The notes below the pieces were generated by a model. That model saw only the letters and a program-made list of their open reading frames with translations. It did no database searches and was not told the DNA's origin. 64,000 bases of DNA from Sedimentisphaerales bacterium. GTDB taxonomy: Bacteria > Planctomycetota > Phycisphaerae > Sedimentisphaerales > Anaerobacaceae. Position numbers and translations under genes: made by a program. The DNA lies in contig OY970194.1 of assembly GCA_963708075.1 (NCBI GenBank), forward strand, positions 5,184,001 to 5,248,000, given 5' to 3'. Position 1 is the first letter of the stretch; each line of letters starts with the position of its first letter. Positions 33,089 through 42,608 of this stretch are shown piece after piece.

Positions 33089-33389
33089 AGAGTACCCGTC
33101 CCTGGTCCAGTGCCTCTCGAATCAGCGGGTCGCCCTGGGCGTACCGCCGTTGCGTGTCGTCCGGGCGCCGAGCCAGCACATCCACGGCAAAGGGGGGATT
33201 CACGCGATTGGTAATCTCAAGCGATTTCCAGAATGACTTACCCTCAAACGGCAGGATCACCAGCAGATCGACATCCGAGTCACTCGTGGCCGTACCCCGG
33301 GCATACGATCCAAAGAGCACCACGCACTCCGGGTCGTACGCCTCGGCGATGCGGTCCACCACGGCCTGAATGTCGGTCATCGCTACCAT
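33060..33389 (-). CDS. Minimal nucleotidyltransferase (MNT) antitoxin
   Basis: VVLFGSYARG...SDVDLLV...VDVL...GRVLYE. Confidence 0.9.
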   Translation of the reverse strand: MVAMTDIQAVVDRIAEAYDPECVVLFGSYARGTATSDSDVDLLVILPFEGKSFWKSLEITNRVNPPFAVDVLARRPDDTQRRYAQGDPLIREALDQGRVLYERSRARVD

Positions 33390-33562
33390 AAAACGTCCTT
33401 CAGCATTCCGATGCCTCTCTCATACACTATCGGATTTCCTGACGTATGGCAAGCAAAGAGCGGTGGCGAGAGGAACTTGGATTCCCACCGTTGCGGGAAT
33501 GACATTCTCGGAATCCGTGTTCATCCGTGTGAATCCGCGTCGGACGAACGGGCGGGTCTGCG

Positions 33563-34030
33563 GGGTGTGGTCGGAATTCGGTGGCGGCGTGTAGCCACCG
33601 TGTGCGGACTGCGCCTCTTTCGTCCCTTACGGGACTGGCTTTTGTCCTCGGCCCCGGTTCCCCAGCGATCAATCGCTGGGCTATTCTCTATCGCCCTGCG
33701 GGCTTGGACTGCACCCGGACCGATCGATCACTATCCCGCAGGTGTTGCAGCTATTCTCTGTCGCCCTGCGGGCTTGGACTGCGTCATGGCTGAGCTTCGT
33801 GATACTGCCAAATTGAAGGCTATCCTCTATTGCCCTTCGGGCTTGGACTTCGCTTCAGTCCTCTTGCGTCGGCCCGTCCGCCCCACGGGGGCGATCGACA
33901 CTAGCCCACCGTTTCAACGGTGGGTACGATAGCCAATCCTATCTCAAAGCCCCGTAGGGGCGAAAGAAGACTGGGCTGCGCTCTTGTGTCGGGTGCAAAC
34001 CGAATCCGCCACCGAATGCCGACCGCATCC
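33563..34030. mobile_element. MITE family A copy 3 (3 internal repeats, 2 spacers)
   Basis: Same TIRs and hairpins; no TSD visible. Confidence 0.85.
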
Positions 34031-34233
34031 GCTTCCGCCGCGGGCGTTGGAAATGGGGGTGACAGGGTGGGGGGGAGTTGGTATAATGGTCCGGCGCCGG
34101 CTGGGGTCACGGACGGGCCCGGCCGGCCGTGAATCGGGGATTGTCAGGGACCGGGCTGGATTCGTGACATATCCAAGGTATTCCGCTGTCAAGAGTTGCT
34201 CCCATCGCAAGGATCGTAAGGAAAGGACAGGCT

Positions 34234-37200
34234 ATGAGTGCCCAGTGCGCAAATATGAAGGCCGGGCGACGATGGTCGGGTCTGGTGCCCGGGATCGCGT
34301 TGGTTGTCACGGTGTTTCTGGCCGGCGCCGGCCGGGCGCAGACACCGCCGGCGGAGAGCAAGGCCGTCAAGCTCGTCTCCATCAAGCCGACGGTCCTGTT
34401 CACCGCGAGCGGGCAGGAGCTCCGGCAGCTCATGGACGTGGTCATTGAGAATCCGGGAGCGGCGGTGCAGGCGAATCTGGATGTGCGGATCGGATCGTTC
34501 AGTCAGTCCGTATCGATAGAAACGCTTGGGCCGGGCAAATCGACGTTCCACGTGTCCGTGCCGGACATCCGCCAGCCGATGCCGGCGCAGTTCGTGCTCA
34601 AGGTGGACAGCAAGCCCGTGGACACGCGGGAGATGGAATGGCAGCCGCGGAAGCACTGGACGATTTACCTCGTGCCGATCACGCATCACGATCTGGGGTA
34701 CACGGACACGATCGAGAACGTGATGAATCGCTACGCTGGCTTCTATGACGACGTGCTTCGCTTCTGCGACCAGACGAGCGACTTTCCCGAGGAGGCGAAG
34801 TATCGATATACAATCGAAGGGGCCTGGTCGCTGCAGCACTTCATCGCGACCCGGCCAAAGGAGGCTGTGGATAAGCTGGGCGGGTATGTCAAGCAAGGCA
34901 GGATCGAGGTCGGGGCGCTGTTCGGCAACGAGATCGACAGCCTCTGCGGACACGAGGAGCTGATCCGCCTGATGTACCCGTCGTTTCGCTTCAAGCGTCA
35001 GTACGGCGGCGAGATCGACGTCGGCTCGATCACGGATGTGCCGGGCCTGAGCTGGGGCCTGCCGACGGTGCTGGCGGGGGCGGGGGTGAGGTACTTCTTC
35101 GCCGGGCTGCCGACGTACTTCGAGTGGGGCCGCAACGATATTCACACGTTCTGGGACGAGGCGGCGGTCCTGCGTCACGGCCGGCCCGACGCGTTCAAGT
35201 GGCAGGGGCCCGACGGGCAGACCGTGCTCGTTTACTACCAGAGCAGCTACGGGTTCTTCAAGCGAGTCATCGGCCCGGACACGTATGAGGAGGTCATGGA
35301 GGCGCTGCCGGGCATGCTCGACGAAATGGATGCACAGGGCTCGCCCTTCGACGTGATGCGCTACATCCACAACGGCGTCGATAATTACCCGCCGGAGATA
35401 AGGATCAGCACCGTGGTCCGGCAGTGGAACGAGAAATGGGCGTATCCGAAGCTCGTCGTCGCCACCAATTCGATGTTCTTCAGCGCCCTGGAGAAGCAGT
35501 GCGGGGACGTGCGGACGTTCCGGGGCGATCTGCCGCATACGGATTATGTCGTCGGAGCCATCTCGACGGCCAAGGAGACCACCGTCAATCGGTTGACGCA
35601 TGACAAACTGCTCTCGGCGGAGAAGGCCGCGACCATCGCATCGCTGACCAGCGACTACGCCTATCCGGCCGACAAGATCGCCCAGGCCTACGACAATATG
35701 CTCCTCTATGACGAGCACACGTGGGGCAAGGACTACCCGGCGGGCGAGATTCAGGACTGGGGCTGGAACGAGAAAAGCCACTTCGCGTACAAGGCCGCAG
35801 GATTGACCCAGGGCGTGCTGGCCGAGAGCATCGAAAAGATCGCCGGCAAGGTCCGGCTCGAACAGCCGCAACGACACGTCATCGTTTTCAACCCGCTCGC
35901 CTTCGACCGGACAGACGTCGTCCGCGTGACACGCTTCCCGCAGGACAAGCCCTTTGATCTCATCGATAACGAGACCGGCGCGAAAGTCGCGTACCAGATT
36001 GTCGAGATAGACAGCCCGCTGGCCGCCTTGCCGTATGCCCCGCAGCGATGGGCGCGCGGGCAATTCGAAAAGCATGAGCTGTACGATCTCGTCTTCGTCG
36101 CCGCGAACGTGCCGTCGATGGGGTACAAGACGTATCGGCTCGTGCCGCGCGAGGATAAGCCGGCCGGCGAGAGCGGGACAAAGGCGGCGCAGAACACTCT
36201 GGAGAACCGCTTCTTCAAAGTCACGCTCGACGCGAAGACCGGCGCGATCGCCAGCCTCTATGACAAGGACCTGTCGGCCGAGCTGGTCGATGCACAGGCC
36301 CCGGACAAGCTGAACCAGTTCGTGGCCAAGTGGGTCCAGACAGGAAAGCAGGAGGGCCCGTCGGCAGCGACGATTCGCGTTGGGCAGAACGGCCCCGTAT
36401 GCGCCAGCCTGATCTCGCAGAGTTTCGGCGCCGGGTGCCCGCAGATCGTCCAGGAGGTCGTGCTCTATGAGGGCATCAAGCGGATCGATCTGTTCAACCG
36501 GGTCCTGAAGGATTCGACGCCGCAGTTGGAGGTCTATTTCGCGTTCCCGTTCAAGGTGGACGAGCCGAAGTTCCGCTTCGAGGGCACCAACTCGGTGATT
36601 GAGCCATTCAAGGACCAGTTCCCCGGCTCCAATACGAACTACTACACCGTGCAACATTGGGCGAGCGTGTCGAACCCGAGCGTCGGGATCACGCTGTCGC
36701 CCGTGGAGTCACACCTGCTGGAGTTCGGCGGCCTGTGGCCCTGCTATGTCTCGCAGGCCCATCACGGGGCGACGCCCGCGGGCTTCGGCCAGCCGTTCGT
36801 CAAGCCGGAGCAAATGACGAAGGGCCACATATACGCCTTCGTCCTCGACAGCAACTTCCGCACGAATTTCCAGCCCGTCCAGCAGGCGGACATCTTGTTC
36901 CGCTACTCGCTGACGAGCAACAAGGGGCCGCAGGCAAACAGCGACAACCGCAATTTCGGCTGGTCCGTTCACAACCCGCTCATGGGCGTGGTCGCCAACG
37001 GCGGCAGGACCGGGCCATTCGAGGACCGGATGAGCTTCTGCCGGCTGGATCAGGCCAATGTGTTGCTCGTGACGATGAAACGGGCGGAAGATGGGCAGGG
37101 CGTCATCGTCCGCCTGATCGAGACCGACGGCAAGCAGGGGACTGTAACGCTGACGCTGCCGGTGCTGGCCGTCGGCAAGGCCTGGCAGACCAACGTTGTG

Positions 37201-37296
37201 GAAGAGAACCAGGCGGAGTTGCAATCCACGGATCACAGCGTCACCGTGCCCGTCCGGCCCTTCGGCATCAGCACGGTCCGCGTGCAGTTGCGTTGA
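34234..37296 (+). CDS. Secreted GH38-family glycoside hydrolase (alpha-mannosidase-like)
   Basis: Signal peptide; THHDLGY, ITDVPG, DNYPP, YDEHTWG, C-terminal KRAEDG..VIVRL. Confidence 0.88.
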   Translation: MSAQCANMKAGRRWSGLVPGIALVVTVFLAGAGRAQTPPAESKAVKLVSIKPTVLFTASGQELRQLMDVVIENPGAAVQANLDVRIGSFSQSVSIETLGPGKSTFHVSVPDIRQPMPAQFVLKVDSKPVDTREMEWQPRKHWTIYLVPITHHDLGYTDTIENVMNRYAGFYDDVLRFCDQTSDFPEEAKYRYTIEGAWSLQHFIATRPKEAVDKLGGYVKQGRIEVGALFGNEIDSLCGHEELIRLMYPSFRFKRQYGGEIDVGSITDVPGLSWGLPTVLAGAGVRYFFAGLPTYFEWGRNDIHTFWDEAAVLRHGRPDAFKWQGPDGQTVLVYYQSSYGFFKRVIGPDTYEEVMEALPGMLDEMDAQGSPFDVMRYIHNGVDNYPPEIRISTVVRQWNEKWAYPKLVVATNSMFFSALEKQCGDVRTFRGDLPHTDYVVGAISTAKETTVNRLTHDKLLSAEKAATIASLTSDYAYPADKIAQAYDNMLLYDEHTWGKDYPAGEIQDWGWNEKSHFAYKAAGLTQGVLAESIEKIAGKVRLEQPQRHVIVFNPLAFDRTDVVRVTRFPQDKPFDLIDNETGAKVAYQIVEIDSPLAALPYAPQRWARGQFEKHELYDLVFVAANVPSMGYKTYRLVPREDKPAGESGTKAAQNTLENRFFKVTLDAKTGAIASLYDKDLSAELVDAQAPDKLNQFVAKWVQTGKQEGPSAATIRVGQNGPVCASLISQSFGAGCPQIVQEVVLYEGIKRIDLFNRVLKDSTPQLEVYFAFPFKVDEPKFRFEGTNSVIEPFKDQFPGSNTNYYTVQHWASVSNPSVGITLSPVESHLLEFGGLWPCYVSQAHHGATPAGFGQPFVKPEQMTKGHIYAFVLDSNFRTNFQPVQQADILFRYSLTSNKGPQANSDNRNFGWSVHNPLMGVVANGGRTGPFEDRMSFCRLDQANVLLVTMKRAEDGQGVIVRLIETDGKQGTVTLTLPVLAVGKAWQTNVVEENQAELQSTDHSVTVPVRPFGISTVRVQLR

Positions 37297-37516
37297 TGTG
37301 ACGTCTATGAGGGTGTTGCTGACAACCAGTGAAGCCATCGGCAAGCTGCCGCTTGCCGCTGCCACCCGGCACGGGAATGACAAAAAGGGTACCCGGGCCG
37401 GAACAAGGGCCCAGCCCGGACTCTGTCCCCCTGCGCAAGCAGGGGTCCACGAAGCTTCGGTACTCAGGTGGATTCCTGCTTTCGCAGGAATGACAAAGAT
37501 CGACGTTATGTGTGCG

Positions 37517-37599
37517 CCGGGTGCCATGTCCACGCTAGCGTGGACATGCCTCATGTGTACAGGGACACATGCTTACGCACGCGTAAGCATGGCACCCGG
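37517..37599. repeat. REP-like double hairpin family B (also 52862-52942, 58541-58627)
   Basis: GGGTGCCATG-hairpin...hairpin-CATGGCACCC, three copies. Confidence 0.85.
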
Positions 37600-37764
37600 G
37601 GTTTCTACAACCCATCGCAGAAAGGTGCAACAATCACCTTTGAGAAGTTGGTGTTTTGCGGTTGACCGCCGTGACTTGGGTTTTTAGAATCTCGTTCGCC
37701 TCGCCGGGCGAGGACCTGGGCCGGCCGGCATCCGTGGAAATGGTAAGTACAGGAAGGGGAATGC

Positions 37765-39057
37765 ATGCGATTGATCATCGTCGATAGAGCAACCGAGGAG
37801 AGACGTCATTTCTGGCCGCTGGTGCTGAGCCGGCCTATCTGGGACCTGCGCTGCGGGTTCACTTCGCTCGGCGACAAGCTTCAAAAGAAGATTGGCACGA
37901 ACGATCTGGCCTATTTCCTGCCCGCCTACCTGGCAGACGTATATCGGGATAGAACCGGCCACCGGGTCAACGACAATACCGCCCTCAAGGGCGAGGACCT
38001 CCTGATCGTCGATGCCCGCGTGAAAGCGGACAGCCTGGATATTTCGACCGGCGGCCGCAGCCAGGTCGAGCTTGACGCCAATGGCGAAGTCCTGTACGCG
38101 CGCATCACCAGGGCCGATGGGGAGAAACTGCAGGGCGGCGACATCGAGAGCTTCCTGGCGTCGGCCAAAGCGAGTTTGCCCGCCGTGCCGAGCCATCTGG
38201 CCGTCTGGGAGTACACCTGGGACCTGGTCCTGGCAAACCCGGACCAGATCAAGGCCGATTTCGCCGCGGCGGGAAAGCACGGAATCGAGGGGACCATCGA
38301 GCAGCCCAACGCTATCCGCGGCAGTGCGAAGGATGTCTATATCGCCCCCGGCGTCAAGATTCACCCCATGGTGGTCATCGACGCCGAGCACGGGCCGATC
38401 TATATCGACGAAGGCGCCGAGATCCATCCGTTCACGCGGATCGAGGGGCCGTGCTATATCGGAAGGAAATCGATCCTGCTGGGCGCCAAATGCCGCGAGG
38501 GCAACTCCATCGGGCCCTTGTGCCGCGTGGGCGGTGAGGTCGAGGAGTCCATCATTCACGGCTTCTCCAACAAGTACCACGACGGCTTTCTCGGCCACAG
38601 CTACGTCGGCGAGTGGGTCAACCTCGGGGCCTTGACGACCAACAGCGATCTCAAGAACGACTACTCGAACGTTTCCGTCATGCTCGACGGCAAGCGCTCC
38701 ACCGACACGGGTTCGACGAAGGTCGGGTCGCTCATCGGCGACCACACGAAGACGTCCATCGGCACGCTGTTGAACACCGGCTCCTACGTCGGGGCGATGG
38801 CGATCATCATGGCCACCGGCAAGCCGCTGCCGAAGTTCATTCCGTCCTTCGCCTGGTTTATCGAGGGCGTCGTGACGAAAGGTTTCGGCCGGCGCAGCCT
38901 GTACGAGACGGCCGGAATCGCGATGGGCCGCCGCGGCTGCCGCTGGAATCAAGCCCAGGAGGCCATGTGGGAGGCGATCTTCGAGCTGACCGCCCGGACC
39001 CGCGACGAAGCCGTCAAGAAGGGCCGAAAGGCCATGATGAGGTCACAAGGTGCTTGA
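37765..39057 (+). CDS. GlmU-like putative sugar nucleotidyltransferase/acyltransferase
   Basis: PLVLSRPIWDLRCG; hexapeptide repeats; NKYHDGFLGHSYVGEWVNLGA. Confidence 0.88.
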   Translation: MRLIIVDRATEERRHFWPLVLSRPIWDLRCGFTSLGDKLQKKIGTNDLAYFLPAYLADVYRDRTGHRVNDNTALKGEDLLIVDARVKADSLDISTGGRSQVELDANGEVLYARITRADGEKLQGGDIESFLASAKASLPAVPSHLAVWEYTWDLVLANPDQIKADFAAAGKHGIEGTIEQPNAIRGSAKDVYIAPGVKIHPMVVIDAEHGPIYIDEGAEIHPFTRIEGPCYIGRKSILLGAKCREGNSIGPLCRVGGEVEESIIHGFSNKYHDGFLGHSYVGEWVNLGALTTNSDLKNDYSNVSVMLDGKRSTDTGSTKVGSLIGDHTKTSIGTLLNTGSYVGAMAIIMATGKPLPKFIPSFAWFIEGVVTKGFGRRSLYETAGIAMGRRGCRWNQAQEAMWEAIFELTARTRDEAVKKGRKAMMRSQGA

Positions 39058-39086
39058 GTGAACAGTGCACGTGTGCGGCCCGATCC

Positions 39087-39175
39087 GGGTGGCAGCGTCA
39101 AGCGCAGCTTGGCGATGGCCTTCCCGGGACGCGGTGGAGCCATCGCCAAGGCCTGCGGCCTTGACGCTGCCACCC
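39087..39175. repeat. REP-like family C (also near 37340, 52708, 60277, 63251)
   Basis: GGGTGGCAGCGTCAAG...CTTGACGCTGCCACCC. Confidence 0.75.
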
Positions 39176-39241
39176 ATCACATGCGTCAGCAGTCGAGGCG
39201 AAACACGTACCGGAGAACAAGTTAGTAACGGGAGGTAACAA

Positions 39242-39502
39242 ATGGCAACAGTGGAAGAACGTGTCAAGGCGGTGACGGCCAGAGTGCTGGGGCTCGACCC
39301 CAAGAAGATCCGCCCGGAGGACAACTTCACGGAGGACTTCGGCGCCGAGAGCGTCCAGTCGATCGAGCTGGTGGCGATGTTCGAAGAGGAGTTCGGCATC
39401 GAGATGGACGAGGACGCGGCCCTGTCGGTAACGACGGTCGGCAGCGCGGTGGACTTCATCGCCAACGTATGCAAAGAACAGGGCGTGGACGTGGAGCAGT
39501 AG
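39242..39502 (+). CDS. Acyl carrier protein with non-canonical motif
   Basis: 86 aa, acidic; DFGAESVQSIELVAMFEEEFGIEM. Confidence 0.88.
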   Translation: MATVEERVKAVTARVLGLDPKKIRPEDNFTEDFGAESVQSIELVAMFEEEFGIEMDEDAALSVTTVGSAVDFIANVCKEQGVDVEQ

Positions 39503-39526
39503 CGTCCCGCATCGAAAGGGTCACAC

Positions 39527-40924
39527 ATGAGCACGAGCAAGAAGCGTCACGCGCTGGTGGATGCGGTCCGGCCGAACTTTCTGGAAGACGTCTTTCCGTA
39601 TGATTTGCCTCCGCTGATCCGGCTGAAAGGGCCGGTTGTGGAGCACATCGACGGCCAGCCCGTCCAGTTCGATTTCGCCACGGTCCGCAATCGACCGATC
39701 GTCATCACCGACACGACATTCCGCGACGGCCAGCAGTCCCGGCCGCCCTACACCATCGACCAGATGGTCCACATCTACGACCTGCTCAGCCGCCTCGGCG
39801 GGCCCAACGGCGTCATCCGACAGACGGAGTTCTTCCTCTATACGAAGAACGACCGCGAGACGCTCGACCGCTGCCGGGCCCTGGGCCACAAGTACCCCGA
39901 GTGCACCGGCTGGATTCGGGCGGTCAAAGGGGACTTCCGCCTGGTGAAAGAGGCGGGCCTCAAAGAGTCGGGCCTGCTGACGAGCTGCTCCGACTACCAC
40001 ATTTTCCAGAAGCTCAAGTTCCGCAGCCGCCAGGAGTGCATGGATTCCTATTGCGAGGTGGTGCAGGCGGCGTTCGATGCGGGCGTGCGGCCGCGATGCC
40101 ACCTGGAGGACGTGACACGGTCGGACATCGAAGGCTTCGTCCTGCCCTTCGTGGATCGGCTCATGGAGATGAGCGCGAAGATGCCGGAGGAGCTGAGCGT
40201 TAAGATTCGCCTGTGCGACACGATGGGCTTCGGCATCAGCTACCCCGGGGCCGAGCTGCCCAGGAGCATCCCCAAGCTGATCTACAAGATCAATCATGAG
40301 TGCGGCGTGCCGAGCAGCCGAATCGAGTGGCACGGCCACAACGATTTCCACAAGGTCCACGTCAACGGCGCCACCGCCTGGCTCTACGGCTGCGACGCTC
40401 TCAATAGCACGCTATTTGGCTTCGGAGAGCGCACGGGCAACCCGCCGCTGGAAGGCGCGATCATGGAGTACATCGCCCTCAAGGGCGGCCTGTGCGGCAT
40501 CGACACGCTGGTCATCACCGAGCTGGCCAACTACATGCGATCCATCGGCCTGCCGATCCCGGACAACTATCCGTTCGCCGGCCGCGCGTTCAACGTCACC
40601 AGCGCCGGCATCCACGCGGGCGGGCTGCGCTCGGACGAGCGCATCTACAACATGTTCGACACCGGCAAGCTCCTCGGCAAACCTCCGCGGGTGGCCATCA
40701 CCGACAAGAGCGGCGCCGACGGTGTCGTCCACTGGATCAACGAGTTCTTCGGCCTCAAGGAAGACGACCGCATCAACAAGATCAAGGTGCACAAGCTGGC
40801 CCGTTGGGTGATCGACCAGTACGAGCAGCACGGGCGACTGACCGCCATCAGCGACCAGGAGCTCGAGACCAAGGCCAGGGAGTTCTACCCCGATTACTGG
40901 GCCAAGTATAAAGCAGGCAAATGA
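39527..40924 (+). CDS. Re-citrate synthase-like DRE-TIM metallolyase
   Basis: ITDTTFRDGQQSRPPY, IRQTEFFLY, HLEDVTR, HGHNDF, GERTGN. Confidence 0.8.
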   Translation: MSTSKKRHALVDAVRPNFLEDVFPYDLPPLIRLKGPVVEHIDGQPVQFDFATVRNRPIVITDTTFRDGQQSRPPYTIDQMVHIYDLLSRLGGPNGVIRQTEFFLYTKNDRETLDRCRALGHKYPECTGWIRAVKGDFRLVKEAGLKESGLLTSCSDYHIFQKLKFRSRQECMDSYCEVVQAAFDAGVRPRCHLEDVTRSDIEGFVLPFVDRLMEMSAKMPEELSVKIRLCDTMGFGISYPGAELPRSIPKLIYKINHECGVPSSRIEWHGHNDFHKVHVNGATAWLYGCDALNSTLFGFGERTGNPPLEGAIMEYIALKGGLCGIDTLVITELANYMRSIGLPIPDNYPFAGRAFNVTSAGIHAGGLRSDERIYNMFDTGKLLGKPPRVAITDKSGADGVVHWINEFFGLKEDDRINKIKVHKLARWVIDQYEQHGRLTAISDQELETKAREFYPDYWAKYKAGK

Positions 40925-41018
40925 TAGTAGTTGTAGTAGGGGTCGGTCGATGGTCGTTTCGGACGGGAGCGCGTCGCCAAAAGGCTAACGACTGTCGACC
41001 GACCCGAGAGGTTGTGCC

Positions 41019-42173
41019 ATGGATGTCAAATCTCGCCTCACGTGTTCCGCCGTTATCGCATCGATCCTAATGCTGAGCGCGCCGCTGTTTGCTTCCGACG
41101 CCCCGCAGGCCCGCAAGGAACCTGGCGTCACGGCGTCGGTGTTCGGCAAGATGCCGGACGGCCGGGATGTGACGATCTTCGAGCTGACCAACGCCAACGG
41201 GCTTCGGGCGAGGGTGATGGAATACGGGGCGATCCTGGTCTCGCTGGAGGTGCCGGACCGCGAGGGCAAGCTGGGCGACATCGCGCTGGGTTTCGATGAC
41301 CTCGAATCCTATCTGAAGCGCAATCCCATGTTTGGCTCGACCGTCGGCCGCTACGCCAACCGCATTGCCAACGCCAGTTTCAGGCTTGACGGGGTCGAGT
41401 ATCAGATCACCAGGAACTCCGGCAAGAACCACATCCACGGCGGCAACGAGAAACGATTCGACCGCGTCCTCTGGACGGGCTATCCGTACAAGACCGACGC
41501 GGAGGCGGGCGTGCGATTCACGCACCTGAGCCTCGACGGCGAGGAGGGCTTCCCGGGCAATCTCGATTGCGTCGTGACGTACGCCCTGACGAACAGGAAC
41601 GAGCTGCGGATCACGTACTCGGCCACGACGGATAAACCCACCATTGTCAATCTCACGAATCACAGCTACTTCAATCTCGCCGGCGCGGGCAACGGCGACG
41701 TGCTCAATCACGAGATCACGATGACCGCCCCGTGGTACACGCCTGCCGGTGAGGGCCTGATTCCGACGGGCGAGATCCGGGTCGTAGCGGGCACGCCGCT
41801 CGATTTCACCACCCCGCACACGATCGGCGAGCGCATCGCCGAGCTGACCGACACCCGCGGGTACGACCACAACTATGTGCTCAAGGCTTTCTACGGCGAG
41901 CCCGCCCTGGCCGCCCGCGTGTATGAGCCGACGAGCGGCCGGGTCATGGAGGTCACCACCACCGAGCCCGGCGTCCAGCTCTACACCGCCAACGGCATGA
42001 AAAACGTCAAAGGGAAAGCCGGCAAGACCTACGACAACCACGCCGGCTTCTGCCTTGAAACGCAGCATTTCCCCGACTCGCCCAACAAGCCGCACTTCCC
42101 CTCCACAGTCCTGCGTCCCGGCCAGACCTATCTCACCACGACTGCATTCGCATTCACGACGAAAGCGCCGTGA
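41019..42173 (+). CDS. galM: Aldose 1-epimerase with signal peptide
   Basis: GRYANRI, HGG, NLTNHSYFNL, YDHNY, CLETQHFPDSPN. Confidence 0.95.
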   Translation: MDVKSRLTCSAVIASILMLSAPLFASDAPQARKEPGVTASVFGKMPDGRDVTIFELTNANGLRARVMEYGAILVSLEVPDREGKLGDIALGFDDLESYLKRNPMFGSTVGRYANRIANASFRLDGVEYQITRNSGKNHIHGGNEKRFDRVLWTGYPYKTDAEAGVRFTHLSLDGEEGFPGNLDCVVTYALTNRNELRITYSATTDKPTIVNLTNHSYFNLAGAGNGDVLNHEITMTAPWYTPAGEGLIPTGEIRVVAGTPLDFTTPHTIGERIAELTDTRGYDHNYVLKAFYGEPALAARVYEPTSGRVMEVTTTEPGVQLYTANGMKNVKGKAGKTYDNHAGFCLETQHFPDSPNKPHFPSTVLRPGQTYLTTTAFAFTTKAP

Positions 42174-42608
42174 AGACGGGACGATAAGGAAGTGGGAAGA
42201 TAGATAGCCCGCCGCTGTGCCTCACATGTGATTGCAGGTCACTCACCGAAAATGCGCTTCGCGGAAAGAAAGAGGCAACTTCCCTTTTTGTCTTGCGTAC
42301 TTCTCGCAGGGCCGACAGAATGGCCCTCGTACCAGCGCCGTGATGGAGTTGCGGCGAACAGGTCCAGGCCCCGTGTGGGCCGGACGCATGCGGCGAACTC
42401 GTGGTGTGGTGGAAGGCTCGCCGCGTTGCGGGAGATAAAAGGGGGACTCCCGCAGGCAAGGAGGAAACTATGGTTGTCCTCAGTATGCGGGAATCCCTGA
42501 GAATCCGACTGTCTTCATGGTAGGGGACAGAGTCTGCGCTTGAGGCACGTCTCTTGAACGCAGACAGAAGCTTCAAGGAAGAACCAATTTCTCGGAAAGG
42601 GTAGAACG

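Noticed and set aside
33680..33849. Canonical CRISPR array call
   Set aside because: Only 3 repeats, embedded in a dispersed MITE, with no leader or cas genes. Reported as a finding instead.
31042..34030. Composite transposon formed by MITE copies 2 and 3 around larA-like and MNT
   Set aside because: Copy 2 has its own flanking duplication and the outer flanks do not match, so the insertions look independent.
34189..36657. Long antisense ORFs (822 aa here; also 9007-10242, 42735-44258, 46668-48305, 49165-50607, 54053-56275)
   Set aside because: Shadow frames of well-supported genes in GC-rich DNA, with no motifs.
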